A stretch of 64,000 nucleotides of DNA from Flaccisagitta enflata (taxonomy: Eukaryota), in NCBI GenBank assembly GCA_965153355.1, contig OZ231126.1, positions 33,728,001-33,792,000 on the forward strand, written 5' to 3'. Below are positions 28,861 to 39,704 of this stretch, piece after piece (position 1 is the stretch's first letter; the number at the start of each line of letters is the position of its first letter). The notes below the pieces were generated by a model that saw only the letters and a program-made list of their open reading frames with translations, searched no databases and was not told the DNA's origin. The translations under genes and the position numbers were made by a program.

Positions 28861-29331
28861 ACATATGTAACCGAGGGATGGGCAGCCAGTTGGATAGGAA
28901 GTCGGACACGACTATCTTTCAGCCGCGATCAAGTGACTTGAAAATGAACCTAAAAAGTAACCCGGGGTTTTGATATCGTCGCAGACGGGTGTGTGTGGTT
29001 TTACTACTCCAACCCCAATCCCCTCCTCAGACACATACCCCACACATGTTCTCACACTTTTGTGGCTCGACCAATCGACGGGCGGGCGGACGGACCGACA
29101 AACAGACAGTTAAACACAGACTGAAAGACAGAAAGACAGACGGACAGATAGACAGTCGGACGGAAGGAAGGAAAAATCATCTCAAAGAGTCCACGACTAT
29201 AAATGATGAATCCTTATACGGTAACAAAAAGTTTCTTATCGTCATTACCTTGAGAAATACTCGCATAAAACATTTTACAACATCTCTTATCATTTTTCTT
29301 CAGGATCGGTCACCCTTCAAAAAAACTAAAA

Positions 29332-32300
29332 ATGTTGGCAAACTTGTTTCTCCTACTCATCGTTGGTCTTCAGTTCGTCGTTGGTAAGCGTAAAATAATA
29401 ATTTTCCACCTATCTTACGTAGTGCAAACTTGCACATGCGCAAGATGTCCGTCGTACAACTGAAGCATGTCATGTTTCCATCTCATTATCTTTACTTTAT
29501 GTACCCATGCCAAAAACGTGGTGTCAGAAAGTTTAAGCTCAAAAACGTAAAAAGGTACTAAAATTTTAAGTTATTATATCAATATTTCGAATTGCCAGGA
29601 AATTCATTGTCAAAAATTCTCATTGTTTTCTTTGTATATCGTTAATATTTACTCGAATGACAAAAAAATTCATGACGAAAAAAAATTAGGAAAATTTTCT
29701 TCAAAATGCCGCCAAGCAGAAATTTGTAGCTTAATTCGTTTAGAAATTATGATCAAATAAAAGTGAGAGATATAGCTCAGAGAGTCAAATGAATATGCTA
29801 TTTCCAGCAATTGAGATATTGACATTTTGAGTTTTAATTGTTGTAACTTTTAACGTTTTTGAGCTAGACCTTTCTGACACCACTCAAATGATAGATTTTT
29901 TGAAACTTTTTAAAAATGCTCATGCTCAAGTTTTGTCTCTTACTAACAAGCCAAGCAAGTCAAAACGATGTACCCTGTCATCAGATACAACTGCAACCAG
30001 CAAAACCTTTATTGTGCCCAAAGTAATCTTTTTGAAAGATTCAGATTTGTTTCATCTTGAAGCATATAACCTACCATTTTTTCATGCAAAATTCCACATC
30101 TCTGGCTTTAGCGGTTTGGCTTCCACATGATTTTAAAATTTGGTGAAATTTGATGTAATTTTGATCAAAAATAGCTTTTTTCAGCAGTTTTTGATGGTTA
30201 AATCTCTCTTATATTGGTTTAGGTTGAGCTTTATTGGTCATATTGGTCATAAATGAACACTATTTGATCATCCCCTTGAATTCTTGTGGATTTTTTTAGT
30301 AACTTTATAGAATATCTGGCCTAAAATGAAGAGCGATCTGACAAAAAACAAAGAAAACCTTTCAAAATTAGACGAAACTACTGTTTTGCCACATTAAATT
30401 CATCAATCTGATGAGTATTTCTAAAAATTCATAAACTGTGACATATTTTCTTTCATTCAAGACCAGTGTGACGATTTTAGCTTCTTTTGTTTAGAAATAA
30501 GGTTGATTTAAAGTTACATGTCTGCTCATGCGTTTTTTTACAAAGCCTTTCTTGGTGCTGACCACATTTTCACTCAAAATGATGTGTAGGCCAAACCGCT
30601 TGAGCCAGTGCTATGAAATTTTGCATGAATAAATGGTAGGTTATGTGCTTGCAGATAGCACCAATCAGAATTTCTCAAAATGAATACTCTAAGCACAATA
30701 AAGGTTCTGCTGGTTGCAGTCGTAATTGATGACAGGGTACATTTCTTTTCTTTGGGCATGGTTATGTATAAAGCAACCCTAGAAATCAATACTACATCCA
30801 ACCATGATACCACTAGTAATTAATCCGGTGCCATGTTGCTGTAGGAACCCCACTCGCGGAAGAGAAAAAAGGATGGGGTGATGGACAAGCCGCGTCAAAC
30901 TCTGGAGCCTCCAATTCTAACAACATAGATCTTGGTATGTTGCTCTGAGACGGTGACTTTAAAAAAATAAATGTAAATACCGTATTTCCTCTAATCTCAC
31001 TCAGTGGGAATTTTTTTGATACCCAATTTTAAAAAAAATCCTAAAAAACTTTAAACAAGGCCGGACACGCGACTAAATGTGTATCCGCGAGAGCAGCAAA
31101 ATAAAATAAGCTGACGATGGCAACAAAGTAAGCTGACGATAACAAGCCCAAGTATTTTGGCAGAACCAGTGATGCCCATAAATGACGAAAAGCTGAGTGT
31201 GACAGACAGACTCTTCGGCATAGGTAATTAAGTTGCGTGCACGCGACTAAAAATCAAAGCTTCAATTATGATTTATATGCTAAATAACACTCATCATTTG
31301 CTTGTCCTCTCCAAATATTAGGAAAGAAGGCGGAGGAAGAGAAGAGATGGTGGGATGGTAATGCTGCCTCCAACTCTGGCGCCAGCAACACTAACAACAT
31401 CAGATTGAAGAAGCAGAAGGAGGAAAAGAGATGGTGGGATGGAAATGCAGCTTCTAACTCTGGGGCTTCTAACACCAACAACATCAGTCTGAAAAAGAAA
31501 GAAGAAGAAAAGAGGTTGTGGGGTGGCGGAAACGGAGCATCTAACTCTGGCGCATCTAACACCAATAACATCAGCTTGAAAAAGAAGGAGGAAATGGAGA
31601 AAAGAAGGAGAGGTGGAAGAAAAGGTGGAATGAATGGAAATTCCGCATCAAACTCAGAAGCATCTAATGTCAACAACATTCATATTGGCAAAAAGCAGGA
31701 GGAGGAAAAAAGATTTTGGGGAAGCGGAGCAGCTGCCTCCAACAGTGAAGCCTCAAATGTCAACAACATCCTGAAGGGCAAAAGAGAGGAGAAAGAAAAA
31801 AGATGGTGGAATGGAAACGCAGCTTCGAACTCAGGTGCAAGCAACGCCAACAACATCAGATTGAAGAAGGGTGAGGAGGAAAAAAGATATTGGGGTGGCG
31901 GAGCAGCTGCTTCCAACAGTGAAGCCTCAAATGTAAACAACATCATGAAGGGCAAAAGAGAAGAGGAAGAAAAAAGATGGTGGAATGGAAATGCAGCCTC
32001 TAATTCTGGTGCAAGCAACGCCAACAACATTAGATTGAAGAAGGAGGAGGAAGAGAAAAGATATTGGGGTGGTGGAGCAGCTGCCTCCAACAGTGAAGCC
32101 TCAAATGTAAACAACATCATGAAGGGCAAAAGAGAAGAGGAAGAAAAAAGATGGTGGAATGGAAATGCAGCCTCTAATTCTGGTGCAAGCAACGCCAACA
32201 ACATTAGATTGAAGAAGGAGGAGGAAGAGAAAAGATATTGGGGTGGCGGAGCAGCTGCTTCCAACAGTGAAGCCTCAAATGTCAACAACATCATGAAGGG

Positions 32301-34278
32301 CAAAAGAGAAGAGGAAGAAAAAAGATGGTGGAATGGAAATGCAGCCTCTAATTCTGGTGCAAGCAACGCCAACAACATTAGATTGAAGAAGGAGGAGGAA
32401 GAGAAAAGATATTGGGGTGGCGGAGCAGCTGCTTCCAACAGTGAAGCCTCAAATGTAAACAACATCATGAAGGGCAAAAGAGAAGAGGAAGAAAAAAGAT
32501 GGTGGAATGGAAATGCAGCCTCTAATTCTGGTGCAAGCAACGCCAACAACATTAGATTGAAGAAGGAGGAGGAGGAGAAAAGATATTGGGGTGGTGGAGC
32601 AGCTGCCTCCAACAGTGAAGCCTCAAATGTCAACAACATCTTGAAGGGCAAAAGAGAAGAGGAAAAGAGGTTCTGGGGTGGAAACGCCGCCTCTAACAGT
32701 GGTGCATCTAACCAGAATAACATCGATTTGGGCAAAAGATGGGGTGGAAATGCTGCCACCAACAGTGAAGCTTCCAACCAAAACAACATCAATTTAGGAA
32801 AGAGATGGGGAGGTAATGCAGCCAGCAACAGTGAAGCTTCCAACCAGAACAACATCGATCTGGGAAAGAGATGGGGAGGAAATGCAGCTACCAACAGTGA
32901 AGCTTCCAACCAGAACAACATCAATTTGGGAAAGAGATGGGGAGGAAATGCAGCCACCAACAGTGAGGCTTCCAACCAGAACAACATCAATTTGGGAAAG
33001 AGATGGGGAGGAAATGCAGCCACCAACAGTGAGGCTTCCAACCAGAACAACATCAATTTGGGAAAGAGATGGGGAGGAAATGCAGCCACCAACAGTGAAG
33101 CTTCCAACCAGAACAACATCAATTTGGGAAAGAGATGGGGAGGAAATGCAGCCACCAACAGTGAGGCTTCCAACCAGAACAACATCAATTTGGGAAAGAG
33201 ATGGGGAGGAAATGCAGCCACCAACAGTGAAGCTTCCAACCAGAACAACATCAATTTGGGAAAGAGATGGGGAGGAAACGCTGCAACCAATAGTGAGGCT
33301 TCCAACCAGAACAACATTAATCTGGGGAAAAGAGGTGGCAATGCAGCTGCAAATAGTGGCGCTTGCAATGGTAACTTCATTATGAAAGGAAAGAGAGAGG
33401 AGCAGGCAAAGAGATTCTGGGGAGGTAATGCAGCATCCAACAGCGGAGCCTCCAACAAAAACAACATTAACCTGGGTAAGAAGGAAGAGGAGGAGAAGAG
33501 ATGGTGGGGTGGAAATGCTGCTTCCAACTCAGGTGCTAGTAACGCAAATAACATCCGATTGAAAAAGGATGAGGAGGAAAAAAGATATTGGGGTGGTGGA
33601 GCAGCTGCTTCAAACAGTGGAGCTTCAAATGTCAACAACATCATGAAGGGCAAGAGAGAGGAAGAAGAAAAGAGATTCTGGGGTGGAAACGCCGCCTCTA
33701 ACAGTGGTGCATCCAACCAAAATAATATCAACTTGGGCAAAAGAGGAGGAGCAGCGGCTTCAAACAGTGAAGCACACAATCAGAACAACATCATGCTTGG
33801 CAAAAGATGGGGCGGAAACGCAGCAACAAACAGTGAAGCCTCCAATCGGAACAACATCAATCTCGGTAAAAAGGAGGAGGAGGAGAAAAGATATTGGGGT
33901 GGTGGAGCAGCAGCTTCAAACAGTGAAGCTTCAAATGTCAACAACATTATGAAGGGCAAAAGAGATGAAGAAGAAAAGAGATGGTGGGACGGTAATGCTG
34001 CTTCCAATTCTGGTGCCAGCAATGTTAATAACATCAGTTTAAAGAAAAAGGAAGAAGAGAGGAGATGGTGGGGAGGCAATGCAGCTTCTAACAGTGGAGC
34101 ATCCAACCAGAATAACATCAGCTTGAAGAAAAAAGAGGAGAAAAGATTGTGGGGTGGTAATGCAGCTTCTAACAGCGGAGCATCAAATCAAAATAACATC
34201 AGCTTGAAGAAGAGAATGGGTGGAGCTGGTGCATCCAACAGTGAAGCCCACAACCAAAACAACATCATGCTCGGCTAG
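29332..34278 (+). CDS. Secreted multi-copy peptide (neuropeptide-like) precursor, 1032 aa, 38 related peptides. Coding exons 29332-29383, 30845-30934, 31322-34278
   Basis: Signal peptide MLANLFLLLIVGLQFVVG. Phase-1 introns 29384(gtaagc)-30844(tgtag) and 30935(gtatgt)-31321(attag). Exon 30845-30934 encodes the same repeat (GWGDGQAASNSGASNSNNIDLG). Repeats are flanked by KR/KK, acidic EEEE spacers and GKR/GKK amidation signals; the CDS ends ...NNIMLG-TAG. Repeat copies differ mostly at synonymous positions. Confidence 0.93.
29500..30765. mobile_element. Compound foldback/MITE sequence in the precursor intron
   Basis: Inverted pairs 29518-29560 vs 29843-29883 and 29968-30130 vs 30575-30742; outer ccatgcc/ggcatgg ends. 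Confidence 0.55.
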
Positions 34279-34671
34279 AAACGATATGTTATTTTCCTTG
34301 TTCTCATGAAGCGCATGAAACATTTTTATCTAAGTTGTTTTGTGTCAAACTATCATAAGTTATGTAATGTTAAATCATCTAAACGGTTTCCGTGGCCGTT
34401 TCATTGCCCGTTGTATTTTTTTTCTTTTAACTTCTTGTGTTTACATAAAACAAGCGTGAACATTATCATCAATTTTTCTTTGCCAGTGAAAACCAGTTGA
34501 CGAGCAAGACCAACCAGTGGCAGTGTCGATCAAAATTCTCGATAAGTGTCTCTTATTTTCCACTGAACTAGGGTCTTAGGGAGTTAAAAAAAGTGTGTTT
34601 GTGAAATTGTTTTTTTGTGTGTGATGTTTGCTCGCGCGCGTGCGTACGTGTGTGTGTGTGTGTGTGCGTGC

Positions 34672-34703
<32 letters not shown>

Positions 34704-34737
34704 CTCGTCTGTCTGTCTGTCTCTCTCTCTCTCTGTC

Positions 34738-34774
<37 letters not shown>

Positions 34775-34869
34775 GTCTGTCTGTCTGTCTCTCTCTCTCT
34801 TCTCTCTTTCTCTCCATTCATCACTTACAACTCAAATTGAATCGTTATTTTGTTAAAAGGGATCCCGGG

Positions 34870-35110
34870 CGCCGTTTACGTCACGCCGGGAAAAGGAGAG
34901 AGAGAGAGAGAGGGACGGTAAAAAGATTCATTCACACGCGATTTTACGGCCAACCAGAGGCCTTCCTGTCGTCCTTTTAGCACGTTAGCCAATCAGAAGG
35001 CTTCCTTTTCAAAGAGCCAATCAGACACTGAGAATCGAGGCCCCGGTGACGCGCCGGAAGTCAAGTGACGAGAAATGTTTCGTTCGTCTTTTCGTCAGTC
35101 ACGTGGTGCG
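34870..35110. promoter_or_regulatory. CpG-rich, TATA-less promoter-like cluster (CCAAT boxes, ETS, CRE/E-box-like sites)
   Basis: AGCCAATCAG at ~34987 and ~35015, a variant GGCCAACCAG at ~34948, CCGGAAGT at ~35054, TTACGTCA at ~34876, GTCACGTG at ~35098. Confidence 0.6.
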
Positions 35111-36126
35111 GGATTTCCCTTCATACTTTCTTTGACTCGCCCAGTGTCAGCCCAACAATTTTCTCCCTCGACGATTTTTTTTTCGTTCTTCGCGGACGAT
35201 TCAAGCTGCGCTTGGCAGAAGATCAGAGACCGACTGACCTTTTTGTCGAGTGGAGGGGTTGACTTAAAGGTAGATAATCGAGGGGAAAGCATCGGTCATT
35301 TTGTGTTGATTCAATCTGGTCATTCTGGTGATCGAATTTTTCCAAGTTACTTCTGTTATCTAGCAGAAACATGACCGTCCTTAATAAAACTACTTTTTGT
35401 ATACATTTGACAAACTCTCTGGTGGAGGAAGAGGAGCGCACATGTAGTCGTAGAGGAGTGAAAACGGAGGAGTAGGAGGAAGAGAAGGGGTTGTGGAGGA
35501 TGAGAAAGATGGGAAAGAGGATGAAGAAGGGGAAATAAGGAACGATAAAAGTAATCAACCGAAACCAACGTAAAGAAATGCGTGACTAACTTTTCAGATT
35601 TTACAATTTTATCTCCATTCGAAAATATTCATCTTTTGAGGATGAAATTTATTTTTACTTCAGCTAAAATCATGGAAACAAAACGAAAAAAATGTCGCCA
35701 TGCCAGGGAAACGGTATTAAAAGAAACACTGCAAGAATGAGAGAAAAAAAAAGATCAACTAAAAACAACACAGGTGTGAAAGAAGCTATGAGAACCCACC
35801 CGGGGTTGAAATTCGCGATGGAGTTTTTTTTTTTCTGCTCTTTCAACTTCAAAAACACTCGGCGCTTTTTACTTTCAGCTACAACTAGTCGCAGTCGCGA
35901 GTGCGGCAACGAGCAACCCGCAGCGATTTGGAAAACGTCATGGCATCTCCATAATGAAGTCTGTCCGTCCCTCCGTCTGAGTTGGAATCCGTACACTCTT
36001 ATATTTGATAAACAAGCACCTTTTTGGGCTTGGGCCGGGCATGTTACGCAAAATTATTCTTTTTGAGGCCTGAACGTGGTTAAGAGCGTGCTTGTCATAT
36101 AAAAAAACCGTATTACATTGGAATAT

Positions 36127-36755
36127 ACAACCTTGGAAATAAGTTTATCGCATCACTTAAAGCCTCATATCTCCTTTACAAATAAAAAAATCTAAGAAAA
36201 ATTGGTGAGGTTCTGAAACATCTTTAATTTTTCTAGCAGTTGGCGCCAACTGCGTTACTGTGCATCTAACCGTTTAGAAATGAGAGCTGAACGAAGTTAG
36301 GTACCTCATTAGAAAAATGGCATAAAAATGGCATTTTTAAAACGTGGTTCATGGGAGATTGTGCACCCGCTCATCAGGCTGTTTCAACGAAGCAATGGCA
36401 TCAAAGGCGCAGTGTCAAAGGTCAAACACTTCTCCAGTTAGCCCAGGAACAGCCCAAAACTCAAGCTGATACAATCTCTATGAGTCTATGGTCCCAATTG
36501 AGGCGATGGCAAAGACAAGAATGTGCAACACGGATGGCAGGACTGAAAAAAATCGCGCTAAAGTCTGGAGGAAGATCACACTATCATACCTTTAGTCGCA
36601 GTACAAAAGCATGCAAAGACGCAGGGAAGCGTTTGAAAAGGTCAAGGAGGGCAAGACCAAGTATCAAGCTTGTCACAGACACATTAATTGTACTATCTTA
36701 TCCATAAAATGCCCCTTGATCAATAATGCGATAAACTTTTTTCTCAAGATAGTAG
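36127..36755 (+). mobile_element. Decayed Tc1/mariner transposon with a C-terminal transposase remnant
   Basis: GDCAPAH (QDxAPxH-like), PRNSPKLKLIQ (WPxNSPDLNPIE-like) and KVWRKI...YKSMQRRREA...GKTKY across frameshifts and stops; inverted ends ataagtttatcgcat and atgcgataaactttt. Confidence 0.7.
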
Positions 36756-37348
36756 TATAGTATACAACAAAGAAATACAGCATCAAATGCCCGTCAACAT
36801 AGCCGTGCTCTTACTCCAGCGGGGTTTTAAAAGTCTGCATTAGCTTTTGACTGGAGCTTTCCATGTAACAAGAGCAATTCAATGGGAGTATTTTTCAATC
36901 CTCCAGGATTAAAACCTGGGACCTGGGATTCATTTGGCATGATTTCTATGTTCTCTCCAGACCCTGTAATAAAATTTGTGATCTGAAAAGTTTACTGTGT
37001 AAACATACGAACAAACGCAAACACACACGCATTAACGCAAACACGCACACACACACACACGCACACACGCACAACACAACAAAGCAAGATGTATAGTGCA
37101 ACAACTTAACATGGATTTGGGTGAGAACTATTATTGATATACAATAAGATTTAACTTAGATTATAACGAGGTTCATTGTAAGGTTTGTATCGGTTTTAAA
37201 TCGCGTGCCTGCGACTCTAAACCTTGATCTGTCGGTCCGTTGGTCCGTCTGTCCGGAGCATGCGACTGTTGCCTTGTTGGGCTTGTTTCATCTGGTTATA
37301 CAAATCCCCACTAATACAACGTGATGGGATTGTTTTTGTTGGGAATAG

Positions 37349-37464
<116 letters not shown>

Positions 37465-38688
37465 GCGCGCGCTCACAGACACACAGAAAGAAAAAGTGAC
37501 AGAAACACCGACACAGAAAAAAAGAGGCATACACAGAGACAAGGAGAGAGGGACATAGAAACAGAAGAAATGTAATCCTCGGCCTAAGAAGGGAAAAATA
37601 GATGTGACGTGCGTGGTTTATCACTCATTTTCATTTTCATTCTTTCCCTTTTGCTCACTATCCATATGACCAAACGTCCGTATTTTCTCTATTTAGCGCT
37701 CAGGAGCTTTTGTAATGAACAAGGCCGGATACACGCCTACCCCAGTCATAGGCGTGTGGGCAAGGGCCGTATTCGAGGTCACTAGTGTACGTGGGCAGGA
37801 TCAGTGAGGCCAAAGACCGCAAAAAAACATAAGGTAAAATGTGACAGACTGACCAACGGACAGATGGGTGGACAAAGCGGGGTGCCACTGTAGAGTACGC
37901 GAATAAAAATGTTTTACTCTCTAATAAACGGCGCCTTATACACGATGGAAAAATTTTCATTTGGTAGATTCAACTACTGGTATTGCTTTTCTTTTGAAAA
38001 TTAACCTAGACAAATAGGAGCAAAATTCTCAGATTCATTTACAAGTAAATTTTTTTCGAGCTAAACAATTTCAACCTTGTCAGTGTTTTCCTCATCGGCC
38101 ATGAACTTTTGAGATTCTTCTGTTCATTCTTTCAGGCGTGTATCAAGTTGATTGGGAATAGAATCAGAGGGTTTGGAGATGGGGAAAAAAATCAATGGCT
38201 TGAAAAGAGGAAAAAATTTTTTTTTGAAGATTTATCAATTTTGGTAGTCAAGAAGTAGTTACTCTATGGGGTAGAAAATCCAAAAACGCTTCGACCAGCC
38301 GGGGAAGGATATCAAAGACCAGGGGGGGGGGGAAAAGAAATCAAAAGCCGCTCAACTTTATACACCCCTGCATTCTCTTCTCTCATTCAAAGTCCGTCGC
38401 ATCATCATGACCATCCGTGACATCCGTGTGTATGACTTACTGTCTCCGCTTTCACCACAGGACTCGTCACGGTCTTTATCGCCGCGATGGTCGTAATCCT
38501 CTTTTATGTCACGATCCTAGTGTAGACCGAAAGAAAGGTCGTTACTCATACATATGCAATCCACTGCCTCCACCGTGACTGTCTTCATTCTTGTCCACCA
38601 CTGCTTCTAACGTCGTGTCTTTGCGTGGCTGGATTGCCACCGCCGTTCCACGCCTTTCAACCACCATTTTGTCTTTTATTCACCACAA

Positions 38689-39672
38689 CCGCCACCTGCA
38701 CAAGTTGGGCTATGATGAAAAAAAAAAAAAAAAAAATTTAGTAAGGAGGCTAAAAAAGGATCAATCTTGTGTAAAAATCCTGGGGAATCCAACCGTGACC
38801 TTTTTAGAGCCCTATGCGGGGGCGTTTGGAAACGGCCCCCAAAAAACACAAAAAAATGGCTATTTTTGGGTATTTTTGGCTAAAATTTTTTACTTCAATG
38901 GAGGCCAAGTGTTTAAATTCATAGTTGGGGATACTTCAAGATGTAAGAGACTAGTAAAACAAGAATCATGATGATGGGGCTATTGTGGGGTACCTAAAAA
39001 GGCTCAAAAAGGGCCCCTAAAGTGAAAACTTAATACAGTTAAGCTTCACTAGAAGGCATTTGAAGGGACTGACTCATTTTATGCCTTCAAGGCGGGATGC
39101 CTTATTGCCGAGCATGACTTTATTTATGGTTTACATTGATAATTGTTTCTTTGCTAGAACATGTCAGCTTGATTTAGCCATGCCACATGGTAGGAAACAA
39201 CTTAGAAACAAAGAGATGGAAGAGACAGACAGACTGACTAACATATAGAGGACACTTCAGGTTAAATAGATGCCAAATGACGGACAACTGAGGGTAGATA
39301 GACGCAGCACATGAGAAATGCAGTCAAGTTTTTTTTCTGAAATCAAGAACAAGGGTTTTTATAGCGTCAACATCTCGTTCTAACTTCTTATACAAAACCG
39401 AGTTTAGATAGTGAATAATAACTGGTAGCTGAAGGCGGCATTCTTTCTCTCACTTAAATTTCGTCATCATCGTCATTTGCAGTCGATGATTTCTGCATTT
39501 CTTGTTTTTAACCTGATCATCATCGTCATCGCGATGCATCGGAATCGGGATCAGGATCATCGTCGAATCTTGGAAATCATCGATATCCTCATCAAAATCA
39601 TCTTGATAATTGCGACCCTTCTTCATCTCCTCCTCCTCCTCCTTCATCTTTTTCTTTTTTCTTTTTTTTTCT

Positions 39673-39704
<32 letters not shown>

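Noticed and set aside
32740-33333. Regular 66-bp repeats, and the 21-bp array at 11260-11750, as CRISPR arrays
   Set aside because: No unique spacers, no cas genes, eukaryotic context; these are coding or transposon-internal tandem repeats.
31680-33779. 699-aa - strand ORF and the 189-aa alternative-frame ORF at 32816-33385
   Set aside because: These are shadows of the repetitive precursor CDS. The signal peptide, splice sites and synonymous variation all support the 31322-34278 + frame.
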